Shown here: positions 29,416 to 39,923 of the stretch, in pieces
Numbering within the stretch: position 1 is the stretch's first letter
Layout: every line of letters begins with the position of its first letter
Source: a bacterium
GTDB lineage: Bacteria > Hinthialibacterota > Hinthialibacteria > Hinthialibacterales > Hinthialibacteraceae
NCBI GenBank assembly: GCA_963663405.2
Contig: CAXXSM010000132.1
Span: 192,001 to 256,000 of the forward strand
Reading direction: 5' to 3'
Length of the DNA: 64,000 bases
Translations under genes and position numbers: made by a program
The notes under the pieces: model-generated
Databases searched by the model: none
Told to the model about the DNA's origin: nothing
What the model saw: the letters and a program-made list of their open reading frames with translations, nothing else

Positions 29416-31076
29416 TGGCTCTTCCTTTGTGGTTGAATAAGGTACCTCCCCAAATCCGTATACAGATTCTTATCACCGGAGCGTTTCTTCTTGTGGGCGT
29501 AGCGCTCGGTTCACTCTCTGTCTATTACCGGTTTTTTATTTTCACAGATGGGGCAGTCTATGCTACGTTGGGGAAAAACCTGGCGGAGAGAATTGGTCTC
29601 CGATACTGTGGCGCGCCCCATTTGTTTTACCCACCCGGTTATCCATTCGCTATTGCGGTTTTGTACTGGATCGTTCAAGACGCTGAACTCGCCGGTCACC
29701 TTGTATCTCTTCTGGCTTATCTAACCTCAATCCTTCTGATCTCCCGATTGGCTTGGAAACTTCATCCCTCAATTCTCTTCATGGCGCTGGCGACGGCGGT
29801 CGTCACATTTCATCCCCAATTTCGAACGTACGCCGGTGATGTTATGTCCGAATCGCTTTTTACCTGCGTAATTATCGCTTCAGCGCTCTTATGTTGGGAA
29901 CTCGCAAACAGAGACCATCCTCCCATTTGGCTTTGGATCGTGTGGGGGCTGCTTGGTGGTTTCGCGTATTTAATCCGGGCGGATGGAATCTTGTATTGGC
30001 CGTTACAAGCCGGATTTATTCTAGTGTATGGAAAAGGCGCCATTTCCCGCCACCTACTCTTTTGTGCGTTGAGTGGATTTGTTCTACTCCTCGCTATTGG
30101 TCCATATCTTCTATTGATCCACACACAGACGGGGAAATGGCAATTGTCGACAAAAACCGCGATCCTTCTGGAATTTGCGGAAATGAGAATGGAAGAGAGC
30201 GGTATGGAGAACGAAACCCGGCGCACATCGGCGCTCTCCAAGGATGGGCAGTCCTTCGAGATCGATCAAGCCGATGAAACGTTGACCGAGTTTATCATGG
30301 GGCGGCCCCGCGAGGCGGCGCGGCGTGTAACCCATAATGCGCTCTACTTGTTTCGCCGGCCGGGTATTTCATTCGGTTGGATCAATCTACCCGTTTTACT
30401 CTTTCTTTGTTGGCTATTAGGCCACCGAGTTGGATCTTCCAAAGCAGTGTTTCTTTATCTACATCTGCTTCCGATTGGACTCTTTCTTCTATTTTATATC
30501 GACACTCGGTTTCTGTTGGCTTTTATACCTTTTTTCGGTTTAGCCTACGCTCGAGCCGCCGAACCGGTTCTGTTTTGGATAGAGCGTTATTCCCGTGGGA
30601 ACCGCCGCTGGTTTCTCACCGCGGGGATTCTTGCCGTCGTTGGAATGGGAGTGTTTTTCCAAGAGAACCGTGTAGTATCTTTTGTCCAGCGTCTTCTACC
30701 GGTGGTTCAAGATCTACCTCTTGAACATAAGGAAATGGGATATTGGATGCGGAACCATCTAACCATCCAGCCAACAACCCGTATCAGTCATCGCAATCCT
30801 TGGGTGAGTTTTTACGCGGGCGCCTGCCATGTCCGCACGGCCTATACCAGTGATTTGAATCAGTTGCTAGACTGGCTTCGGTTGAATCAGGCGCAGTATT
30901 TAATCGTGGATGAAAGAATGACCGCTCATTATTATCCAGGATTGGCGTTCCTGCTTGATGAGGAAGAGGAACATCGGGGTCTGCGATTCATTCATGCCAT
31001 TGAAGGGGATAAACCGAAAATTGTTCTTTATGAAATCATCCCGGAGGATCAAGAATCCTCGCCGTCAGAGGGTTGA
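29416..31076 (+). CDS. ArnT/GT39-like GT-C membrane glycosyltransferase
   Basis: TDGAVY..LGKNL, YPPGYPF, MSESLF, AYLIRADG, DTRFLL; many TM segments. Confidence 0.75.
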
Positions 31077-31411
31077 TAAAACCGTTCAACCGCATCCTTA
31101 ACCGTATCAACTATTTCGATTACTTGATTGAGGTGAATGACTGAAAACGCGTGTTGGACCTGCCCGTCGACTCCGGCGCAGATGATTCGCCCTTTCAATT
31201 CCCGCACTTCGCGGAACGTTGTTATTAAAAAACCGATAAAAAATGAATCCACTAATGAGCATGCGGATAAATCAAAAATAATATCGTATTGTTGGTTAAG
31301 AAAAGCAACGGTTAATACTTGTCGTAAACGATCCAAAATCGCTTCCGTCAAATCAGGTTCCTCTATATGAATGACAAAACAATTCTCTATTTCTTCGTGC
31401 CAAATCGCCAT
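31049..31411 (-). CDS. STAS domain anti-anti-sigma factor
   Basis: IIFDLSACSLVDSFFIGFL; overlaps the convergent gene by 28 bp. Confidence 0.8.
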   Translation of the reverse strand: MAIWHEEIENCFVIHIEEPDLTEAILDRLRQVLTVAFLNQQYDIIFDLSACSLVDSFFIGFLITTFREVRELKGRIICAGVDGQVQHAFSVIHLNQVIEIVDTVKDAVERFYQPSDGEDS

Positions 31412-31674
31412 TTTCTCTAGCTGTTCTGCGCTCAGGATGTGAAAAGAATGACTTCCGTCATCAATTAAAACGAATTTTAAAGGATGCGCTTAAAATAACT
31501 CTATCTGTTCATCATATCTCAGTCAATCCGAATCTTCAACTATTTCTTTCAATTTGATTTACAATCACACAACATGGAAACCTTTTTTAATCCTATTGGA
31601 GATTTGATTCGATCATTCAGCTTAAAAAAAGATATGGATTGAATTCCCTCTTCATGGAACCAGGAATACAGGGA

Positions 31675-32235
31675 TTATTGACCGGGTTGAAAATCAATAT
31701 AAAAAATATCGCCAAAACTCATGATTCCGTTACTGATATCGTATACGCTATCACTGGTCCATGGGATGGCGGACGCCTCCGCGTCCGGTCCAGAACTGCG
31801 GATGAAATACTGCGCCCGTTCCGCCAGGCTGCCACCTGTGAATCCCCAATAATCTCCGGCGTATTCACGGCCCACGTAATCATAGACTCCTTTCCTGGCG
31901 TGGCTCGAGGGATCGCTGTTTTGTTTCAAAAAGAAAGGATCCAAAGGGAGACTGTTGATGTACGTGATAGGAGTCGTCAAGCGGACTTGGCGCATATACC
32001 AGTCCGTATTCCCATCTGGAAGAATGGGGAAGGGAACTTCGTTATTGTCTACTTTGTACATTTCGATTGCGTTCGATAACGCTCGCATATCCGAATAGAC
32101 GCGGCTGACTTTGGCCCGCACTTGAGCGTTTAAAAAGTTCGGAACTGCGATCGCTGCTAAAATGCCGATAATGGCGACGACGATTAATAATTCAATTAGT
32201 GTAAATCCGGTCTTCCATCCCAATACTTTTCCCAT
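31675..32235 (-). CDS. prepilin-type N-terminal cleavage/methylation protein, paralogue of 5545-6120
   Basis: KTG|FTLIELLIVVAIIGILAAIAVPNFLNAQVRAKVSR; LTTPITY, DPF, SSGPD, YDISNG..S.GDI. Confidence 0.9.
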   Translation of the reverse strand: MGKVLGWKTGFTLIELLIVVAIIGILAAIAVPNFLNAQVRAKVSRVYSDMRALSNAIEMYKVDNNEVPFPILPDGNTDWYMRQVRLTTPITYINSLPLDPFFLKQNSDPSSHARKGVYDYVGREYAGDYWGFTGGSLAERAQYFIRSSGPDAEASAIPWTSDSVYDISNGIMSFGDIFYIDFQPGQ

Positions 32236-32466
32236 TTTAATACTATCCTTAATTCTTTTTTACAATGAATCAGTTAGGATACCATAAAACCCAGTGAATA
32301 ATAAAAGGACATCAGCGCGTTTTTTTTGAATACTATTAATTTTTCCGGTTTTGTATAGGAGAATGTATTTCTACATCTTGATTCTTTTCTCTTTTGCAAC
32401 GAAACTTATAGGTTTAATCGTCAACCCTCAATCCCCATAAGGATGAGGATACTATTGGAGGAATTT

Positions 32467-33546
32467 ATGAAAACGCATAAAATCGCCGTCATGGGTGGCG
32501 ACGGAACGGGGCCGGAAGTTATTCGGGAAGGGATTAAAGTACTCAAAACGCTGGAACAGAAATGTGGTTTTAAGTGTGAATACACCGATTTTGATTTTGG
32601 TGGAGATCGCTATCTCAAAACAGGTGAAGTGCTGCCGGACAGCGCGATCGATGATCTTCGTCAATTTGACGCGATTTATTTAGGCGCGATTGGACATCCC
32701 GATGTAGCGCCGGGAATTTTGGAAAAAGGGATTCTCCTGCGCGCTCGTTTTGAATTGGATCAATATATCAACCTTCGTCCCGTGAAATTGTATCCTGGCG
32801 TCTGGACACCGGTGAAAGATAAAGGACCCGAAGAAATCGATTTTGTTGTTGTTCGCGAAAACACCGCTGGACTATATACGGGGAATGGTGGCATCATTAA
32901 AAAAGGGACGCCGCAGGAAGTCGCCGTCCAGGAAATGGTCTACACCCGGTTCGATGTGGACCGTTGCTTAAAATACGCCTTTGAATACACTCGAAAACGC
33001 AAGAAAGACAACACCCTGACCCTCTGTGGGAAAACTAACGTCTTGACGTTCGTTTTTGATTTATGGGAGAGGGCTTTTCATGAGATGGGTGAAAAAGAGT
33101 ATCCGGATATTAAGCGTGAGTATGCTCATGTGGACGCGACAACCATGTGGATGGTGAAGAATCCCGAATGGTTCGATGTGATTGTGACGGGGAATATGTT
33201 CGGTGATATCATCACGGACCTGGGCGCGATGGTACAAGGTGGAATGGGTGTCGCCGCGGGCGGCAACATCAATCCGGAAGGCACATCCATGTTTGAGCCC
33301 ATCGGTGGTTCAGCGCCGAAATACACCGGTCAGAATGTTATCAATCCGATCGCGTGTATCTCCGCCGGTCAGATGATGATCGAAGCGCTGGGAGAAGACG
33401 CCGCCGCGAAGATGCTGGATCAAGCGGTTTCTGATTTCTTCTCAAGTGGGGTGCTTCCTGGTTTGGGAGTGAGTGATATTATCAAAGCGGGAATGTCCAC
33501 CACGAAAATCGGAGACGATATCGCGCAGCGAATTCAAGATATGTGA
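32467..33546 (+). CDS. leuB: 3-isopropylmalate dehydrogenase
   Basis: [39 protein letters not shown]. Confidence 0.9.
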   Translation: MKTHKIAVMGGDGTGPEVIREGIKVLKTLEQKCGFKCEYTDFDFGGDRYLKTGEVLPDSAIDDLRQFDAIYLGAIGHPDVAPGILEKGILLRARFELDQYINLRPVKLYPGVWTPVKDKGPEEIDFVVVRENTAGLYTGNGGIIKKGTPQEVAVQEMVYTRFDVDRCLKYAFEYTRKRKKDNTLTLCGKTNVLTFVFDLWERAFHEMGEKEYPDIKREYAHVDATTMWMVKNPEWFDVIVTGNMFGDIITDLGAMVQGGMGVAAGGNINPEGTSMFEPIGGSAPKYTGQNVINPIACISAGQMMIEALGEDAAAKMLDQAVSDFFSSGVLPGLGVSDIIKAGMSTTKIGDDIAQRIQDM

Positions 33547-33646
33547 GAGTCGTAGGTTGATTAGGTTGAAGACTGAAGGTTGAAGGAACCGCTTCAATCA
33601 AGTTCTGTGTAGAGTATTTTTTTATCGCTGTATCATTCAAAAATAG

Positions 33647-33683
33647 AAACAGCCCTTTTCTTTTGGATCGGGCTGTTTTTTTT
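33647..33683 (+). terminator. intrinsic terminator after leuB
   Basis: AAACAGCCC-N14-GGGCTGTTTTTTTT. Confidence 0.7.
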
Positions 33684-33908
33684 CTTCTGAGCGCTTTGTT
33701 CGATTGATCGATCATACCACCTATGTTGTCCGCTGGTTTTGCAAACGGTAATTTTACTGCCGCCTTAAAAGAATCCCCTAAATTTGTTAAATGAATAAGG
33801 TATACTTCTCAAGGATTAATGTAATATTAATTTTCTGTTATGTAAAACTATGATTTCTTTTGGATTTGTATAGGAAATAAAATTCATCCATTGAGGCCAA
33901 GGAAGAAT

Positions 33909-35195
33909 ATGGGCTCAAAAGATATAGCATCAACACAATTTTATCCCGTTGAATGCTTTCGCGCTGTGCGAATAGGGTGGACGATTTTTTTAAAAGCGCT
34001 TTATCTTTTTATTAGTATCATAATTCCTTTAGACGCATTCAGCCAAACGCAAAACGAAATCGTATTAGGGATGTCCACAGCGTTGTCGGGACCGACAGCG
34101 TATTTGGGAGTCAACATGCGGGATGGAGTGGAGGCGGCCCTTGATGAGATCAATGAAAAGGGTGGAATCCATGGATATACGCTTCGATTAATTTGTTTGG
34201 ATGATGGATACGAACCCAAACGCACAATTCCCAATATCTATCGGCTTGTTGAACGGGAAAAAGTACTATCGATTATTGGAAATGTTGGAACGCCAACCGC
34301 AGTGACCGCAATTCCCATCGTACAAAAATTGAAAGTACTATTCTTTGGCGCGTATACCGGCGCCGGTGTGTTGAGAAAAACGCCGCCCGATCGGTATGTC
34401 ATTAACTACCGGGCCAGTTACGCCGAAGAAACCGCCTCCATGATCCAACATTTAATAGAATCGGCGAATCTACAACCGGAAGAGATCGCTTTTTTTACCC
34501 AGCGGGACGCGTTTGGCGAAGCGGGGTACTCGGGCGGAATTAACGCGCTTAAGAAATATGGATTAAAGAATGAGTGGAAGATCGCTCACGGGCGGTACGA
34601 TCGAAATACGCTGGCGGTCGAAAATGCGCTCGCTGATTTGTTGATGCACCCCGTCACGCCGAAAGCCATTATTTTGTATGGAACATACGCTCCCTGCGCG
34701 AAATTCATTCGCCTTGCGAAAGAAAATGGATTAGACGCGATTTTTATGATCGGTTCGTTTGTTGGAAGCGAACAATACTTGGCTGAGGTGGGAGAAAGTG
34801 GTGAAGACACATTTATCATGCAAGTGGTTCCCCACTACGAATTGGATATTCCGATCGCTAAACGCTACCTGAATGCGATACGGCAAATAGATGCTCAAAT
34901 GCAGCCAACGTTCACGTCTTTCGAAGGCTATATTTGCGCGCAAATCTTTTTTCTGGCGCTACAGAGTGCCAATCCTCCCTTTGATCGAGAATCGATTGTA
35001 TGCGTGATGGAATCCTTAGGGGAGTTTGATATTGGATTGAATTTTCCTCTTTCGATCAATCCATCCGAACATCAAGCTTCTCATCAAGTATGGCCCACGG
35101 TTGTTCAGGATGGAGAAATTAGACCTTTTGATTGGAATGCGTTGGGCTCATTCACGGATTTAAGAAAAGAAAATACAACGTTCCGTTCTAAATGA
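33909..35195 (+). CDS. type I periplasmic ligand-binding protein (LivJ-like, Peripla_BP_6)
   Basis: GMSTALSGP, DDGYEP, GNVGTPT, NYRASYAEE, SFEGY; start uncertain. Confidence 0.85.
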   Translation: MGSKDIASTQFYPVECFRAVRIGWTIFLKALYLFISIIIPLDAFSQTQNEIVLGMSTALSGPTAYLGVNMRDGVEAALDEINEKGGIHGYTLRLICLDDGYEPKRTIPNIYRLVEREKVLSIIGNVGTPTAVTAIPIVQKLKVLFFGAYTGAGVLRKTPPDRYVINYRASYAEETASMIQHLIESANLQPEEIAFFTQRDAFGEAGYSGGINALKKYGLKNEWKIAHGRYDRNTLAVENALADLLMHPVTPKAIILYGTYAPCAKFIRLAKENGLDAIFMIGSFVGSEQYLAEVGESGEDTFIMQVVPHYELDIPIAKRYLNAIRQIDAQMQPTFTSFEGYICAQIFFLALQSANPPFDRESIVCVMESLGEFDIGLNFPLSINPSEHQASHQVWPTVVQDGEIRPFDWNALGSFTDLRKENTTFRSK

Positions 35196-35222
35196 ATCTC
35201 CTTTGAAAGATAAAGACTATTC

Positions 35223-37157
35223 ATGATGAATCCGCCAATCGCAAGATCTCCGATTACAAGCTATCTAAAATTGTTTGTCCTCTTGGGTATTGGTGTTGGA
35301 TTTCTTTTACTCGTGTCGATTCGCTTGATTACATCCTATATGCAATCGGAACGAGAGAATGGTGAACTACTAAAGGATGAATCTACACAGTTCTTGCATG
35401 TCTTTGAGTTGAAATTAAAAGAAGGGAAAGAAGATCTGATCGAATTTCTTCAACCCACTCCCAAGTTAAATCCAAGAAAACAGTGGATCGAAACACTCAA
35501 GCAGAAAACGAATGAATACTACAAAAACCACCAGGAAGATTTTTTTTCCTTTCTAAAAGAGATTACACATTATACAGAGTTAGTGTCCGATTTATATCAT
35601 ACCTGCGCGCCCTGGAATTCTCATTATGTTTCCGTTCAAAATAAGATCAATCAAACAAGAAATCAGCTCTATGACTCGATCAATATGTTTCATGAATTAA
35701 CCAATATCGCCGAAGGGGAAAACCGGATTCAATTAGCCGCTCTGATCCATCGCTACAGAGATTCATCAGCAATGCGGAATGATACAATCGGCGCAGAGAT
35801 AATCGGCAAAATGACGGCGCTCAATTTTTCCAACTTGAAAATGGAAATCGGAACGTTGTCCCTATTAATTGAGCGTTTAATCAGCGAAACGGAAATCGAT
35901 GTGTTCGTGGATTACAAAGACAATCAGATCAAACCTGTTTTGTCGCGCATCGAGCGGATTGTGGGGTATTTAAATGACGCCTCTGGTGACAAATACCTTG
36001 CTATAACTAATTTAAAAAGGGAGATTATCAATGAATTGTTCGGTGACGGCGCGCTGCTGAATGATGAATACCAAACGATTGAATTAGGCCGGGAAGGATT
36101 ATATTCTTTTTTACTTGACGCGTTGTTGTTGGAGAGGGAACGGCAAAAAAACCTCGATCGAATTTCATTGATTTTTAATCAGTTCGAAGAGATTCTGATC
36201 CAGATGCAGAATGCTCTGTATTTTCAACTTGAAAATTTGTCCATTAACACCGGCATCCGGATCCAGTATGCTTCATACATTATCTACGCGATCACATTTC
36301 TTTTGTCCGCTGTTTTTCTACTCTTAGCCAGTGTGATTGTTAAAGCGGTTAATCGGCAGGTTGTAACAATTCATTCGGTCAATCAACGTCTGCAATCCCA
36401 AACCCAGGAATTGGAAACGGTAAACCAGACATTATATGCTGAGATTGAAAGACGAAAAGTCACGGAAAAGGCCTTGACAATCAGCGAAGAACGATACCGC
36501 AGTTTGTTTGAAACCAGCCGGGATAGTATTGTGTTTGTGACATTGGATGGGCGTATTGAAGATCCCAATCAAGCGTATCTGGATCTTTTAGGCTATTCAC
36601 GGGAGGAAGCGTTGAATAAATCAATTACCGATTTCACGCCCAGCCAGTGGAATGAATTCGAAGAAAGAATTCATGAAGAACAAGTGATGAAACAAGGCTT
36701 TTCGGAAGAATATGAAAAGGAAGTCGTTCGAAAAGATGGCAGTATACGTTATGTGAGTGTGCGTTCATGGTTGGTCAACAACGAAAAGAAAAAACCGATT
36801 CGCACATTACGTATTCTCCGTGATATCACGGAACGAAAAATTCTTGAAGGGGAACTTCAGAGAAAGACGCTTGAGTACGAACGGCAGCAGGTCATGATTA
36901 AAAGCTTTGCTACAATTTGCCATTATCTCAGTCAACCGTTGACGGTTTTATGGGGTCTTTTGCGGCTCCTCAAGAATACACCTGAATTCAGTCAGGACAA
37001 AAAAGTCAGCAAATACATCAACCAATGTATCGAGTCGACAGATAAAATGTCATCCTTGATCAATAAACTCCGTGCGATTGATGAATACAAAACCACCGAT
37101 TATACGAAACTTACTGAAATGGTGGAGATCGAAAAAGAGTCCGAAAACAACCTCTGA
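35223..37157 (+). CDS. membrane sensor: periplasmic helical domain, PAS-PAC and terminal HisKA-like helix pair, no HATPase domain
   Basis: two TM segments; SEERYRSLFE, LLGYSREE, RKDGS, DITERK; ATICHYLSQPL near the C-terminus. Confidence 0.8.
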   Translation: MMNPPIARSPITSYLKLFVLLGIGVGFLLLVSIRLITSYMQSERENGELLKDESTQFLHVFELKLKEGKEDLIEFLQPTPKLNPRKQWIETLKQKTNEYYKNHQEDFFSFLKEITHYTELVSDLYHTCAPWNSHYVSVQNKINQTRNQLYDSINMFHELTNIAEGENRIQLAALIHRYRDSSAMRNDTIGAEIIGKMTALNFSNLKMEIGTLSLLIERLISETEIDVFVDYKDNQIKPVLSRIERIVGYLNDASGDKYLAITNLKREIINELFGDGALLNDEYQTIELGREGLYSFLLDALLLERERQKNLDRISLIFNQFEEILIQMQNALYFQLENLSINTGIRIQYASYIIYAITFLLSAVFLLLASVIVKAVNRQVVTIHSVNQRLQSQTQELETVNQTLYAEIERRKVTEKALTISEERYRSLFETSRDSIVFVTLDGRIEDPNQAYLDLLGYSREEALNKSITDFTPSQWNEFEERIHEEQVMKQGFSEEYEKEVVRKDGSIRYVSVRSWLVNNEKKKPIRTLRILRDITERKILEGELQRKTLEYERQQVMIKSFATICHYLSQPLTVLWGLLRLLKNTPEFSQDKKVSKYINQCIESTDKMSSLINKLRAIDEYKTTDYTKLTEMVEIEKESENNL

Positions 37158-37326
37158 ATGTGATAAACCGAAAAGATTTGATTGGGTTCTTCCAATCAGG
37201 GAAATACCTTGGAATATTTAACTGCTCTGCGTTCATAATCCCTTTCTCAACCCCTCGTCAAAAACGATCGGATATATCCACGTATCAAATGTGTTGATGA
37301 ACGCGGATTCCGTGTTTCGAAAAAAA

Positions 37327-37377
37327 TACAAATGTCGATATTTTGGGTTGACAAATAGACAGATGTCGATATACAAT
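37327..37377 (+). promoter_or_regulatory. sigma70 promoter with two BlaI/CopY-type operators
   Basis: TTGACA (37348-53)-N18-TACAAT (37372-77); TACAAATGTC (37327-36) and GACAGATGTC (37358-67), each followed by GATA. Confidence 0.75.
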
Positions 37378-37525
37378 TCTCTATAACGCGCGTTGGTAGT
37401 AGTAAACAGTTTGACAAAGCAGATCGTTGTAGAAATACGAACGGTTCTTTATCCTAGTGTCTCTCTAAAGAAGTTAGAGATGATCCAGGAGAGATGAAGA
37501 GCCGGGAGAGAAAGAGAAAAACACA

Positions 37526-37933
37526 ATGGTTCCTCAAGAGATTCGGATTCCCGATTCGGAATTGCAGGTGCTGCAAGCGCTTTGGGAAAAGGGGCCTTCA
37601 ACGGCGCGGGAGATCCGAGAGACGATTGACGAAGCCCGTGGTGGGCGTCTCGCCCATGCGACCGTTGTGACCCTAATCCAACGGTTGGAAGAGAAGGGAT
37701 ACATCAAACGGACGGGAAAACAAGTGGGGAAAGCGTTTGTTTACCGCGCCTCGCTCAAACCGGAACGGGCGCAACAGCATTTCGTCCAGAAATATCTGAC
37801 CCGCGCGTTCGGCGGTGATCCCATCCCACTGTTTTCGCAGCTCATTGAAAGCGAAGACCTGAGTTTGGATGAGATCGTTAGGATCCGGGAGATGCTGGAC
37901 GAGAGAGAACGCCGGATGAAGGAGAAGGGCTGA
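37526..37933 (+). CDS. BlaI/MecI/CopY family transcriptional repressor
   Basis: SELQVLQALWEKGP.TARE, TVVTLIQRLEEKG, FGGD. Confidence 0.93.
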   Translation: MVPQEIRIPDSELQVLQALWEKGPSTAREIRETIDEARGGRLAHATVVTLIQRLEEKGYIKRTGKQVGKAFVYRASLKPERAQQHFVQKYLTRAFGGDPIPLFSQLIESEDLSLDEIVRIREMLDERERRMKEKG

Positions 37934-39864
37934 TGGTTGGCGAATGGATCGTTTCGGGGGCGGCGGTTTGGTGGGATTGGATTCTTGCCTGCCTGCCGGG
38001 AGCGCTTGGCTTGTACCTGATTGTTGAATTGGTGATCCGGTACGGGAAAAATATCCCGGCGCGAGCGCGGTATTGCATGCTGTTGCTCGTTTTACTGAAG
38101 TGTGTGATCCCCTGCCCCTGGACCCTTCAAGCGCCACTCCCCGCGCTGGAGGCGCCGGCGCCGATTTTAATGGACTGGGATTCACTGTCCTCGAAACCAA
38201 CGGTTCCCATCGTCAGCGCGAACGTCTCTACTCCCATTGATGTAGAGCCGATCTCTAAAGAGGTGGAACGTGTCACTTCACTGCTTCCAGCGTTTTCGAT
38301 CTTGTTTCTACTCAGCCTCTGCGGGACGATTCTGGCCGCGGCGGCGATTATCGCCAAGATGATTCGCTCGCGGATGCTGATACCGCTTCCACGTGAGGAT
38401 GAAATCGCGGTGGAATGCGCCCGGATCTGTGAGTGTCTGCGAATGAAAATACCCCGGATGCTTGTCTCGCAAACCGGTCAGGGACCGTATGCGGGGGGCT
38501 TGTTTTCACCGTGTTTGATTGTGCCGGCGCATTGGCTTGGACGCCCGGTTGCGCAGCGGCGCCCGGCGCTTGCCCATGAATTGGCTCACATCCGGCGTGG
38601 GGATTATTTCGTCAATTGGCTTCAAGTGACGGTGACGGCGTTCTGTTGGTGGAATCCTCTCATCGCCCGGTTGAATTATTTAATCCGGCTCGAACGTGAG
38701 TTGTGCTGTGATGAATTTGTTCTGCGCACTCTTGATATAGAACCCATCGCGTATTCCCGATTGTTGTTAGACGCGGCGGAAGAACAAGTCCGATTCCGCC
38801 ATTTCAGTTGGACTCCGGCCTTCGCCGATTCCACGCATTCGATCAATCAACGCATAAGGAGAATTCTCATGTTAAAAAAAGTTCGGCCTCGTTTTTCATG
38901 GATAGGATTATTCATTGTTTTGGCTTTCGGTTTTTCATTGTTCTTTGGCTTTCAGATCGCAGCCGCGGTATCGGATCAATCAAAACGGGATTTGGCTTAT
39001 CTCCGTATTGAACTCGCGCAACTGCAATCTATACTGAAAATCGCCTATGAGAATGATTTGGAAATTCCCTCCGAAGAAATCAGCGCCCTGCGGGAAGAAT
39101 TAGGGAAATTGAAAAAGACTGTAGAGATTGAAGGGTATAGGAATCCCAAGAATCCATTGCATCACCCCTTTGATAAACCTTATGAAACGATTCGTGATAT
39201 CACCGCCCATTTTTATGAATCTATACTAGACGCGAAACTGAGAGGCGATCAAGAGAAATTGAACGAATCCAAGAAAAAATTAAAAGCGTTTTATGATGAA
39301 TTGGAACAACAAAAATCGATTGGCCTTTCGATTTATGAAGAAGACAAAAAAGAGGAGAATTACGAACGTAGAGCCTTAGAATACGGTACCTCTCTCGTGT
39401 ATCGCGGGCAGCGGAGTATGCAGAACGCGCTGGAATCCTTCTTTATCGACCACAATACATATCCCGTACCCATCGAGGGGTATCGGCTCGATCAAATGGG
39501 ACTTATCGCACGAATGGAAACGGATGAGAAAGGAAATATGAAGATTACGCCTATAGAAGAAAAGCGGCCTGTAGGATCTCCATTAAAAGAGGGGGAAAGT
39601 ATTATACGGTTGACCACCCCCATCGCTTATCTCGTGGGATTTCCAAAAGATCCCTTTGATGTGGATGGGAAGACATACCGGTATTTCAGTGATGGGCCTT
39701 CGTTTTATATTCTTTCTTCCAAAGGCCCTGACGGGGATATCGATTTCAACGTCAGTGATTATAAAGGAGAACCGAAATCGGATATAATCAATAAATATCA
39801 GTATCAATATGATTTCAAAACAGGGAAGTACAGCTCAGGGGATATTATCCGTATTGGCCCGTGA
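37933..39864 (+). CDS. BlaR1-like M56 metallopeptidase signal transducer with C-terminal pilin-head-like domain
   Basis: TGATG coupling to the repressor; LAHELAHIRRGD, WWNPL, ERELCCDE, RIRRIL; last TM, then LTTPIAY..FPKDPF..SKGPD..GDIIRIGP. Confidence 0.9.
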   Translation: MVGEWIVSGAAVWWDWILACLPGALGLYLIVELVIRYGKNIPARARYCMLLLVLLKCVIPCPWTLQAPLPALEAPAPILMDWDSLSSKPTVPIVSANVSTPIDVEPISKEVERVTSLLPAFSILFLLSLCGTILAAAAIIAKMIRSRMLIPLPREDEIAVECARICECLRMKIPRMLVSQTGQGPYAGGLFSPCLIVPAHWLGRPVAQRRPALAHELAHIRRGDYFVNWLQVTVTAFCWWNPLIARLNYLIRLERELCCDEFVLRTLDIEPIAYSRLLLDAAEEQVRFRHFSWTPAFADSTHSINQRIRRILMLKKVRPRFSWIGLFIVLAFGFSLFFGFQIAAAVSDQSKRDLAYLRIELAQLQSILKIAYENDLEIPSEEISALREELGKLKKTVEIEGYRNPKNPLHHPFDKPYETIRDITAHFYESILDAKLRGDQEKLNESKKKLKAFYDELEQQKSIGLSIYEEDKKEENYERRALEYGTSLVYRGQRSMQNALESFFIDHNTYPVPIEGYRLDQMGLIARMETDEKGNMKITPIEEKRPVGSPLKEGESIIRLTTPIAYLVGFPKDPFDVDGKTYRYFSDGPSFYILSSKGPDGDIDFNVSDYKGEPKSDIINKYQYQYDFKTGKYSSGDIIRIGP

Positions 39865-39891
39865 TGAATGTAAAATTGATGAAAGGATCAG

Positions 39892-39923
39892 AAGCCTCCT
39901 CCAACATTGGGGGAGGCTTTTTT
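39892..39923. terminator. terminator between convergent genes
   Basis: AAGCCTCCTCCA-acat-TGGGGGAGGCTTTTTT. Confidence 0.75.

Noticed and set aside
33554-33587. degenerate AGGTTGA heptamer run after leuB
   Set aside because: Only about four imperfect units, with no associated gene or mirror tract.
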